The translations under genes and the position numbers were made by a program. From a virus, in IMG/VR virus record IMGVR_UViG_3300042564_002580, positions 32,001 through 96,000 of that record: DNA of 64,000 nucleotides; one strand, written 5' to 3'. The notes under the pieces are model-generated. The model was not told the DNA's origin and did no database searches. It saw nothing but the letters and a program-made list of their open reading frames with translations. Positions 1 through 6,846 of this stretch are shown here, piece by piece; position 1 is the first letter of the stretch, and the number at the start of each line of letters is the position of its first letter.

Positions 1-86
1 AGGTATGTGTATGCGTCTGCGACATCTTCTTGGATAGTATCCCATTTAGATACGCTGTTATTCTCGTATGAGTATGCGTATGACAT
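1..86 (-). CDS. Small hypothetical protein, 3' part outside window (MSYAYSYENNSVSKWDTIQEDVADAYTY...)
   Basis: Translated by hand; ATG at 86 overlaps the TAA of the preceding ORF (TAATG); open to the window edge. Confidence 0.6.
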   Translation of the reverse strand, partial: MSYAYSYENNSVSKWDTIQEDVADAYTY

Positions 87-199
87 TACTTATTCATCTC
101 CTTAGCAATAGCCTCTGATTTAGTAAGTGCCTCTAGTGCTATGGCTAGAGAGGCGAGGCGTTGCGCCTCCACCATTTGCTTGTATTCATCTAGTGTCAT
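86..199 (-). CDS. 37-aa hypothetical protein (MTLDEYKQMVEAQRLASLAIALEALTKSEAIAKEMNK)
   Basis: Hand-translated; TAATG overlaps at both ends; GAAAGG SD-like sequence upstream. Confidence 0.65.
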   Translation of the reverse strand: MTLDEYKQMVEAQRLASLAIALEALTKSEAIAKEMNK

Positions 200-348
200 T
201 AGTTAGTTTCTACCTTTCGCAAGTGTGCTACTACATTTTTAGAAATCTTTTGTAAATCTTTAACTGTCTTAGTCATCTCATCTACGCTATTAGCGGTTTG
301 AAATCCGAGGAATTGTGAGCCGTCCCAAATTGTGTATGTTATTGTCAT
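199..348 (-). CDS. 49-aa hypothetical protein (MTITYTIWDGSQFLGFQTANSVDEMTKTVKDLQKISKNVVAHLRKVETN)
   Basis: Hand-translated; first gene after the promoter at 385-413; TAATG-coupled to the next ORF. Confidence 0.7.
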   Translation of the reverse strand: MTITYTIWDGSQFLGFQTANSVDEMTKTVKDLQKISKNVVAHLRKVETN

Positions 349-384
349 TTACTGTTCTTCTTTCGTTTGTTGGTTATAATGGAA

Positions 385-449
385 TTGTAGCCTATTGGGC
401 TGACATTATCAAGCCGACACGCACCCTGTGGGGTGTGAGTTGTGTCACA
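385..449 (-). promoter_or_regulatory. sigma70/SigA-type promoter TTGATA-17-TACAAT with upstream GCGTGTCG motif and CRP-like box TGTGA-N6-TCACA (434-449)
   Basis: Minus strand reads gcgtgtcggcTTGATAatgtcagcccaataggcTACAAT; plus strand 434-449 = TGTGAgttgtgTCACA. Confidence 0.7.
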
Positions 450-615
450 TACCTCGCTTGAGGCGAATAGCCTCGACCTGTGCTAATTGCTCAGGTGTAG
501 CGTTGCGGAAAGCCTGTACGCTCTCCCTTATCCAAGGTGACTTAGCCATAGCCTTTTCATGCGCTATGTGGCGAGCAAGGTCTTGCTCTGCCTTTATTCT
601 ATTTAGTGTATTCAT
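445..615 (-). CDS. 56-aa hypothetical protein (MNTLNRIKAEQDLARH...)
   Basis: ORF track 445..660; the ATG at 615 follows GAAAGG and a leader shared with the 348 gene, so it is the likelier start. Confidence 0.7.
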   Translation of the reverse strand: MNTLNRIKAEQDLARHIAHEKAMAKSPWIRESVQAFRNATPEQLAQVEAIRLKRGM

Positions 616-650
616 TAGATGAGTACCTTTCGTTTGTTTGTTATACCTTA

Positions 651-726
651 AGCATAGCATGGGGGACTGACAAATTGAGGCACATCTCGGGCGTGTCGCA
701 AAAAAATCTTTGTGATGCTCATCACA
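651..726 (-). promoter_or_regulatory. Second copy of early promoter module: extended -10 TGcTATGCT, TGTCAG in spacer, GACACGC motif, CRP-like box (711-726)
   Basis: Plus strand 711-726 = TGTGAtgctcaTCACA; GGCGTGTCG at about 690-698; minus strand ttgtcagtcccccatgcTATGCT. Confidence 0.6.
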
Positions 727-839
727 CTCACGCTCAAGCCCAAAAGAATAATGGGCGCACTATCCAAAATGTCCGTTTTGTCCAGGGTGTGTATCATACA
801 TGTAAAAAATATATTAACATTTTCTTAAATCCTAAAAAA

Positions 840-855
840 CAGTCGACTAGAATAT
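840..855 (+). repeat. 16-bp direct repeat copy 1 (CAGTCGACTAGAATAT)
   Basis: Identical to 1884-1899. Confidence 0.85.
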
Positions 856-877
856 AAGGCGGTGGTACAATAGAGAT

Positions 878-991
878 ATGACATGTTCATTTTGCGATAA
901 ATACGCATATACAAGTATGATCAACAGCAAAGGTGTTAAATATAACCTTTGCGAGATACATGTAAAAAAAATTAGCACAATTGACAAGTAA
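878..991 (+). CDS. 37-aa CxxC...CxxH zinc-binding microprotein (MTCSFCDKYAYTSMINSKGVKYNLCEIHVKKISTIDK), leaderless
   Basis: Hand-translated; TGgTACAAT ends 6 nt before the ATG. Confidence 0.6.
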   Translation: MTCSFCDKYAYTSMINSKGVKYNLCEIHVKKISTIDK

Positions 992-1000
992 GGCAAAGCA

Positions 1001-1894
1001 TTGATTGATTCAGAATTACCATTCTTTGGATTTGGCGTAGATATTCCAAAAATTATATGGCAAACTGGAAAAGAAGATTTTGAAAATTTACAATATCCCT
1101 TTAATATAAACGTAGAAACCTGGAAACAGGTTAACCCAGAATGGGAATACAGATACTCCAATCAAAAAGAAAAGATTAGCCAGATAAATGATTTTGGAGA
1201 TAAAGATCTATCTGAGCTTTCATCTAAACTTTGGGGAGCATTTTTAGCAGATCTTTGGAGGTATATTGTTATATACAATCATGGTGGGGTATATGTAGAT
1301 CTAGATACCGTAGCTCGATTGCCCTTAGACATAATTAAATACAATATTACCAATAAGCTAAACGAAACATTTATAATGCCAGATCTAGGAAAATGGGGAT
1401 ACGGTACGCCAAATAGCCCTACAACTTCTATGTTGGTATATAAAGGATCGGAAGATGGCAAAAGGGTTTATTGTCAAGGCTGCTATGATTTTGTAGAGTA
1501 TATTTTGGAAAGAAATGGCAATAAAAAAATTTATCTACCAAATTCTTCTTTTGCTGCAATAAAAAGGGCAAAGCCAATTAAATATGTTTTAGATGAAGTC
1601 AAAGCAAGATTTGCTATGTTTAAAAAACTACATGATTATGATATTGATGGTATTCATGGATCTATACTTTTATCAGTAGACTGCTCTGCATGGGATTATG
1701 CAATAAACAAAAACCCTAAACTAGTAGCACAAAATTTTATATATCAATATGATGCAACACCACTTAAAGGATCACTTTGGGAAAATGAATCTAATAAAAA
1801 TAAAATTTTATTTAAAGATGAATTTATAGATTATGAAATTTTGCAAATAAACAAAACATCTTACAATAAGTTTATTAATAAAGCAGTCGACTAG
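1001..1894 (+). CDS. Glycosyltransferase, GT32/OCH1-like (DxD sugar-binding family)
   Basis: Motifs IPKIIWQT, W..NPEWEY, ADLWRY..IY.HGGVYVDLD. Confidence 0.85.
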   Translation: MIDSELPFFGFGVDIPKIIWQTGKEDFENLQYPFNINVETWKQVNPEWEYRYSNQKEKISQINDFGDKDLSELSSKLWGAFLADLWRYIVIYNHGGVYVDLDTVARLPLDIIKYNITNKLNETFIMPDLGKWGYGTPNSPTTSMLVYKGSEDGKRVYCQGCYDFVEYILERNGNKKIYLPNSSFAAIKRAKPIKYVLDEVKARFAMFKKLHDYDIDGIHGSILLSVDCSAWDYAINKNPKLVAQNFIYQYDATPLKGSLWENESNKNKILFKDEFIDYEILQINKTSYNKFINKAVD

Positions 1895-1899
1895 AATAT
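1884..1899 (+). repeat. 16-bp direct repeat copy 2, containing the GT32 stop codon
   Basis: Identical to 840-855. Confidence 0.85.
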
Positions 1900-1912
1900 C
1901 TTTTAAAATCCA

Positions 1913-1942
1913 TTGACTTTGTAAAATAACAAATGCTACACT
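1913..1942 (+). promoter_or_regulatory. Promoter TTGACT-18-(TGc)TACACT
   Basis: Near-consensus -35 and extended -10. Confidence 0.6.
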
Positions 1943-1948
1943 TAGTTT

Positions 1949-2140
1949 GCTTTGTGGGGGGCTTACCCTGAAACTCAATATGTACCAGATGACATCTGTG
2001 GATATATGTTCAGGAACTGCTTTCTCTATCTTTCCAAAAAGAAAAAATTTGGGGGGTAGGGGGGCTTTCCTAAAATCTAATATCCCCAGATAAATCATTA
2101 AAAACAAAGAAAAAAATACATAAGAAAAGGCGGGATAGAA
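1949..2140 (+). other. Non-coding structured, G-tract-rich region (candidate ncRNA or long 5' UTR)
   Basis: No credible plus-strand ORF; hairpin CCTGAA...TTCAGG at 1967-2014; G6 runs at 1956-1961, 2051-2056 and 2059-2064. Confidence 0.35.
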
Positions 2141-2142
2141 AG

Positions 2143-2220
2143 ATGAAGTTAATTATTGCAGTAGCCATAGTAACTGTAATGACTTTCATCCTTGGTATTA
2201 TATATCAGATAATAGGCTAA
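2143..2220 (+). CDS. 25-aa hydrophobic Ile-rich peptide (MKLIIAVAIVTVMTFILGIIYQIIG)
   Basis: Hand-translated; purine-rich AAGGCGGGA upstream; hydrophobic stretch of one TM length. Confidence 0.55.
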   Translation: MKLIIAVAIVTVMTFILGIIYQIIG

Positions 2221-2225
2221 TATAA

Positions 2226-2300
2226 GGGCCTATAGCTTAATCTGGTTAAAGCAATTGTCTTATATGCAATCGACTTTGGGTTCAAATCCCAATAGGCCTA
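2226..2300 (+). tRNA. trnI-UAU: tRNA-Ile, anticodon UAU (reads AUA); no encoded CCA
   Basis: Acceptor GGGCCTA/TAGGCCT plus A73; D arm GCTT...AAGC with GG; anticodon stem ATTGT/GCAAT, loop CT-TAT-AT; T arm TTGGG-TTCAAAT-CCCAA. Confidence 0.9.
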
Positions 2301-2336
2301 CTTGGTTTCTCACTTAATAGAGAGTATAATACTTAC

Positions 2337-2954
2337 ATGACTAGCAGAATAGTAACCCATATACTTGAATCAAAACTTAAGGATCTCCCGTTTTCTGTTT
2401 TAAAAAATTGCCTTGATTCAGAAATAACGCCAGAAATGTTTATAGAGTATTGCAATAGTGTATATGACGAACAGATTTCAGATTGGGATAAAAACTGTTT
2501 TAGAAGCCCAAGACAGACAATAGAGGCAGATCACCTTAATTACTTTCCTGAATGGAAGATTATAGTAAAAGATTTATCTAAACTTTACGGGAATATAGAC
2601 ACTTATTATCTTAGTCTCATGCAAACTGGAGAAAAGTCGATAAATACAATACATGCTGGTCTTCACAATGATAGTGCAGATGTTGTTCACATAAATTGTT
2701 TTGGTCAAGTAGAATGGACTTTAGTTGACCCAAATGATGTGGATCAAAAAGAAAATAAAGTTGTCTTAGAACCAGGTGATATGCTATATATGAGAGGAAT
2801 GACTCTTCATCAAACCATTCCTTTGACCAAAAGAGGATCGCTTATATTTATGACCCTTCCCTTAAATACAGATTATAATTTTAGCACTGATAATCAAAAG
2901 GAAATGCTTTTAGAAGGTATTAAAAGTGATTTATCTAACAAAAGATACATCTAG
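2337..2954 (+). CDS. JmjC/cupin-like 2OG-Fe(II) oxygenase
   Basis: GLHNDSADVVH..CFGQVEW..LEPGDMLYM.GMTLHQT pattern (HxD...H); leaderless TATAAT-6-ATG. Confidence 0.7.
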   Translation: MTSRIVTHILESKLKDLPFSVLKNCLDSEITPEMFIEYCNSVYDEQISDWDKNCFRSPRQTIEADHLNYFPEWKIIVKDLSKLYGNIDTYYLSLMQTGEKSINTIHAGLHNDSADVVHINCFGQVEWTLVDPNDVDQKENKVVLEPGDMLYMRGMTLHQTIPLTKRGSLIFMTLPLNTDYNFSTDNQKEMLLEGIKSDLSNKRYI

Positions 2955-2979
2955 TTTGTATGTGGAGTATAATAGTAAA

Positions 2980-3123
2980 ATGATAGCTTATGATGTTCCT
3001 CTTTCCGCCCTCCTTTTTATAATGTGGGCTGGCATACCAGTGGAAGAATATATAAAAGGGCCTACTGAGGAAGAAACCTTAGCTTACATTGAGATGATAA
3101 GGAAGATTATTGCGGATGAGTAA
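2980..3123 (+). CDS. 47-aa hypothetical protein
   Basis: ORF track 2926..3123; leaderless TATAAT at 2968-2973 points to ATG 2980. Confidence 0.6.
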   Translation: MIAYDVPLSALLFIMWAGIPVEEYIKGPTEEETLAYIEMIRKIIADE

Positions 3124-3373
3124 ATACAGCATACTAACTGGGTTAAACTATGAAGAAGGCAAATGCGAATACTGCGATGAAGATGCATACGTGAAGCTAA
3201 CTATTAAACTAGAAAGCGCTAAGGATTTAAATGATCCTCATATATGCGAATCTAGATTTTGTTCTATAAGAGGTGGAGCACAATTAGAAAGCATTAAGTT
3301 GCTATGCTCTGAATGTTTAAATGAAAAGCTTCCACACGATTTTACTCACATGGGTAAATATGTTAATACTTAA
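3116..3373 (+). CDS. Cys-rich putative zinc-binding protein
   Basis: CEYC, CESRFC and CSEC motifs; overlaps the preceding stop. Confidence 0.6.
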   Translation: MSKYSILTGLNYEEGKCEYCDEDAYVKLTIKLESAKDLNDPHICESRFCSIRGGAQLESIKLLCSECLNEKLPHDFTHMGKYVNT

Positions 3374-3435
3374 TATTAGAGTCTCTATTTTTCGGCTCAC
3401 TTTTCGCCGCACTTTTTTAGTAGATAGTTTATATA

Positions 3436-4224
3436 ATGGTTAATGCTAATCCTGAAATACTAGAATTAAATTTAAAGCTTCTTTCAAGCAAAAAATTTGA
3501 AAAGCTTTCAGATGAGGTCTATATATATAGAAACTTTTTATCTAAGCAAGAATGTATAGATTTAATAAATGAAGCTTGCCAAGATTCAGAATCACACGAT
3601 TCTGAATTTACATCTAAATCTTTAGATAGATATAGACAAAGATTGCATGAAGAATTTAACTACGAATCTCAAAGTAATATTTCTGAAAACAATTTAGGCG
3701 GCCCCTGGGATAAGCTTTTGTGTCGACAGTTAGATAAAAATAATAATTCTAATTATACATTTTCTCCTCACGTAGATATATATAATTTTTTTGTAGATTA
3801 CCACAATGCAGCTGTTCTAAAACCACTAAAAAACTATACAAAAGTAACCCTTGGCCACATGTCGTTTATAATTTATTTTTCAGAAGACTTTGAGGGTGGG
3901 GAAATTCATTATCCAGAGTATGGCATTACATACAAGCCTAAAACTGGAGACATGATTCTTCATAATGTAGAAGTTGTTCATTCTGTAAAAAAAATATTGT
4001 CTGGGAAAAGATGGTCTTATCAGTCAAGTCTTAGTTCTATTAAATACATACCAGATTTAATGTACGCAAAATTTATAGAAGATAATGATTATTACATTCA
4101 ATGTACAAATGAAAAAAATATAGAAAACAATCCTATATTTTTTTATAGGTCTGATCAAGAACCAATTTTTAATGAAAGGCTAAAGCCGTTTGCTAGTGTT
4201 AAAGGAAATTGGGGCGGAAATTAA
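3436..4224 (+). CDS. 2OG-Fe(II) oxygenase, prolyl-4-hydroxylase-like
   Basis: IYRNFLSKQEC, HVD, YFSEDFEGGEI, KPKTGD, distal H, GKRWS. Confidence 0.85.
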   Translation: MVNANPEILELNLKLLSSKKFEKLSDEVYIYRNFLSKQECIDLINEACQDSESHDSEFTSKSLDRYRQRLHEEFNYESQSNISENNLGGPWDKLLCRQLDKNNNSNYTFSPHVDIYNFFVDYHNAAVLKPLKNYTKVTLGHMSFIIYFSEDFEGGEIHYPEYGITYKPKTGDMILHNVEVVHSVKKILSGKRWSYQSSLSSIKYIPDLMYAKFIEDNDYYIQCTNEKNIENNPIFFYRSDQEPIFNERLKPFASVKGNWGGN

Positions 4225-5084
4225 TTTTTTAAAGAAGCTTTAAGTGCTTCTTCTTCTGCCATATCTGCAAAAAATGCTTCTGCCAAATCTAATCCTTTTA
4301 ATCCAGAGTCTTGCATCTCTTTAATTTTTTCTTTTGTAAACTGAGGATTTTCTATTAATGGCTTCATCCATTCAACCTCAAACTTAGAAGATTTATCTCC
4401 AATTTGCTCAAAGTACTCATCACTTTTGTAATTATAAAATGTTCCAGGATTATCTTCAGCTTTTAAAACAAAATTAGAGTAGGCGTATCTTGTCCCAGAA
4501 GTAACTTCTCTAACACCGTGTGCGTAATCAGAAAATGCTCCGTGTATTACTACATCTCCTTCTTCTGGCTGATACTCTAAGCATGGTCCATCAAAGTTCG
4601 TTGTTTTCTTTGTTCCATCGGGATTTATGTTTGGATAAAATATTGCTCCGCCTTCAAACTTTCCAAAGTACGCAACTAGACCGTAGTCAATTATGCAACA
4701 TGTTTGAAAAACATCTGGCTGAGATAAGAGATGACAAGAATGCTTACCTGGTGAATCAGAATGAATAAACATTCCGTTATCTCCAGGTTTTACTTTTAAG
4801 AAATTTCTAGATGGGTGAATAACATATTCTGGAAAAATTAATTCAGATATAAATTCCCAAATATCTATTATTCCATCAATTGCTCCAGTTGTTTTATCAG
4901 CATACCAATCAATTAATGTTTCTTCGTACTTGGTTGTAATTTCAGACTCTTTTTCAAGCTGGTCTTTAACTGAATTTAAAATTTCTTTAGGTATAATATT
5001 TTTAAAAACAAAAACCCCAGTCTTTGTTCCATAATCATCAATTGTTGTAACAATTGTTTTGCATTCTGGTTTATCGTAAAACAT
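4221..5084 (-). CDS. 2OG-Fe(II) oxygenase, prolyl-4-hydroxylase-like
   Basis: HSD, FEGGAIFYP, YAHGVREVTSGTRY. Confidence 0.85.
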   Translation of the reverse strand: MFYDKPECKTIVTTIDDYGTKTGVFVFKNIIPKEILNSVKDQLEKESEITTKYEETLIDWYADKTTGAIDGIIDIWEFISELIFPEYVIHPSRNFLKVKPGDNGMFIHSDSPGKHSCHLLSQPDVFQTCCIIDYGLVAYFGKFEGGAIFYPNINPDGTKKTTNFDGPCLEYQPEEGDVVIHGAFSDYAHGVREVTSGTRYAYSNFVLKAEDNPGTFYNYKSDEYFEQIGDKSSKFEVEWMKPLIENPQFTKEKIKEMQDSGLKGLDLAEAFFADMAEEEALKASLKN

Positions 5085-5218
5085 TATTTCCTCCTAAAAA
5101 ATTTATCTAAAAAATTTTCAAATTTGCACAGCCAAGATTTGCACTCGTGTTTATTGTTGTTATTAAAATCAGCAAAATAAGGACGAGCCATAACCTGTTT
5201 AAAATGATCTCTTGCCAT
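5084..5218 (-). CDS. 44-aa hypothetical protein (MARDHFKQVMARPYF...FFRRK), leaderless
   Basis: Hand-translated; TGgTATAAT-6-ATG; TAATG overlap with the oxygenase start. Confidence 0.65.
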   Translation of the reverse strand: MARDHFKQVMARPYFADFNNNNKHECKSWLCKFENFLDKFFRRK

Positions 5219-5241
5219 TTATTAATTATACCACTTATAAT

Positions 5242-5268
5242 AAAAAAACCCCATTTCTGGGGCTTTTT
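5242..5268 (-). terminator. Intrinsic terminator
   Basis: GCCCCA-gaaa-TGGGGT stem followed by a T run on the minus strand, just after the stop at 5270. Confidence 0.7.
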
Positions 5269-5269
5269 A

Positions 5270-5455
5270 TTACTTAAGCAAATTATTTGCTAACATCTCA
5301 TCATATACTTCTGATAGAAGATATTCCATTGCAACTAAGCCTTCAGAAATTTTAGCTTCAACCTCTTCTTCTGGCATTCCAGAACCTTTACCAAGGTATC
5401 TGTTTCCTTCAAGAAACTTTTCAAGCATTAGTTTTATTGCTGATTCTTTATTCAT
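5270..5455 (-). CDS. Hypothetical protein
   Basis: ORF track; SD GAAGGA; overlaps the upstream gene. Confidence 0.75.
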   Translation of the reverse strand: MNKESAIKLMLEKFLEGNRYLGKGSGMPEEEVEAKISEGLVAMEYLLSEVYDEMLANNLLK

Positions 5456-5678
5456 TTTCTTCCTTCAAGTTATTATACGCTGGATTAGGCCCAAGGAGGA
5501 ACCCATCTTTATGATATTCTATCATTTTTTCTATTTTTTGTACATCTTCTTCGGATTTTGCCAGCATATTAGCAATTAAAACCATAATGTCGTATATCCT
5601 GTGAGACATTATGTAGTTTACTAGTGGCAAATTGTCTTCAAGAGCATCGCTTTTTTCAGAACCCGCCTCATTCGACAT
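5448..5678 (-). CDS. Hypothetical protein
   Basis: ORF track 5448..5696; ATG 5678 preferred. Confidence 0.7.
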   Translation of the reverse strand: MSNEAGSEKSDALEDNLPLVNYIMSHRIYDIMVLIANMLAKSEEDVQKIEKMIEYHKDGFLLGPNPAYNNLKEENE

Positions 5679-5859
5679 CTTTTGTTTTAATTCCATCTAT
5701 AGCTTCTTGCAAAGTGCTACCACTTTCAAGATGGTGATTTAAATACTTAAGAAATACTGATATTGCATTAGCTGCCAAGAAATCTGTATTCATATGTATA
5801 CACGGTATATTCCTTGAAACTGCTCTAACTAAATCCTGGTCTAAATCAACTTTTTTCAT
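5668..5859 (-). CDS. Hypothetical protein (MKKVDLDQDLVRAV...)
   Basis: 3' part of ORF-track 5668..6021; ATG 5859 overlaps the end of the zinc-ribbon gene. Confidence 0.65.
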   Translation of the reverse strand: MKKVDLDQDLVRAVSRNIPCIHMNTDFLAANAISVFLKYLNHHLESGSTLQEAIDGIKTKDVE

Positions 5860-6055
5860 TAACTTCTTTTTCCATTCTGTCATAAAGGGCCAAGCCAATT
5901 TGCTTTTTATAATTACAGGCCAAACAATACAAGTATATACTATCTTCGGTATCTGTATTGGCAAAGAGAAAGCCTTGGCATAATGGACAATCCATTGACG
6001 CAACAAGGCCTTCTCTTGCAAGAGTTAAATACTTAGATACTAGTTGTACCTTAAT
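5846..6055 (-). CDS. 69-aa zinc-ribbon protein (CPLC...CLAC), apparent ATT start
   Basis: Hand-translated; strong SD GAAAGGAG 5 nt before ATT; alternative ATG at 5995 has no obvious SD. Confidence 0.65.
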   Translation of the reverse strand: MKVQLVSKYLTLAREGLVASMDCPLCQGFLFANTDTEDSIYLYCLACNYKKQIGLALYDRMEKEVNEKS

Positions 6056-6067
6056 ATTAACTCCTTT

Positions 6068-6628
6068 CTAATTTTTAGATGGAAATTTGTTTAGCCACTC
6101 TTTTGTCTTAGTGGTTAAACCTTTCCATGACGACCAATCTTGACCGCCATTGGTCATATAATACGTTATCTCTGCGTTGATTGCTGGATCAAATAACGAA
6201 TAGTTACTGTCCAGTTTGAATTTTTCTTTACGATCATCACCTAGGTTTCCTAGCATGTTGATTTGAAAAATTCCGTAAGAACTGTCTCCAGTTTTCCTGT
6301 TGCCGTTATAAGCCATTGGGCGTCCGTTAGACTCCTTTTTAGCTACAGCCCACGCCATTTTAAGGGCGCTACCCTCAAAGCCTACAGCCTTGAGAAGTTC
6401 AACCAATTCTTTATCTGTTAAAGATTCGGATGGTTTCCACACAGTATTACTGAATTGCTTCAGCGTTTCCTTGTTAAGTTGTGCTTCGGTTTTTACATCT
6501 GGTTTTGCAACCAGAGCAGATGCTGATTGAATCATTTCTGGTTGACCAGTAAATAAAAACAATATAGCTACTGTTATTGCAACATAGTGATGTAAAACAT
6601 CGCTAAGTTTTTCTTTTATATTCTCCAT
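6068..6628 (-). CDS. Lysozyme-like/SLT lytic transglycosylase with N-terminal hydrophobic anchor
   Basis: AVAKKESNG (catalytic E-S), YGIFQIN, NAEITY, GQDWSSW; hydrophobic YVAITVAILFLF; GGAGG 8 nt before ATG 6628. Confidence 0.8.
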   Translation of the reverse strand: MENIKEKLSDVLHHYVAITVAILFLFTGQPEMIQSASALVAKPDVKTEAQLNKETLKQFSNTVWKPSESLTDKELVELLKAVGFEGSALKMAWAVAKKESNGRPMAYNGNRKTGDSSYGIFQINMLGNLGDDRKEKFKLDSNYSLFDPAINAEITYYMTNGGQDWSSWKGLTTKTKEWLNKFPSKN

Positions 6629-6764
6629 AGGCATTTCCTCCAATAGAGATAACGAACTATAAGAATACCATTGTGAGTATTAATATGTCAACCTAGATTA
6701 GTGCAATATTTTATTTTAGTTAACTAATAATAAGCTTGTTTTTAATTGTTTTATTAATAAACTC

Positions 6765-6793
6765 TTCACTTTCTTAAAAAAGTTTGGTAGAAT
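6765..6793 (+). promoter_or_regulatory. nrdJ promoter TTCACT-17-(TGg)TAGAAT; divergent TTGACA-18-TATTCT promoter for the transglycosylase at about 6662-6691 on the minus strand
   Basis: Consensus matching by eye. Confidence 0.55.
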
Positions 6794-6846
6794 AAGACTC
6801 TACTTAAATTAAATTAAACCGCTAGGCGGAGAAAAAGGTACTATTA

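Noticed and set aside
428-1161. ORF-track entries 428..622(+), 606..857(+) and 847..1161(-)
   Set aside because: They overlap better-supported genes or promoter modules and lack initiation signals
5668-6021. 117-aa ORF as given in the track
   Set aside because: Its 5' half overlaps the zinc-ribbon gene in another frame; ATG 5859 is the more plausible start
6690-6846. Cobalamin riboswitch or NrdR box upstream of nrdJ
   Set aside because: The leader is short and AT-rich and I could not recognise either consensus by eye; an Rfam scan would settle the riboswitch
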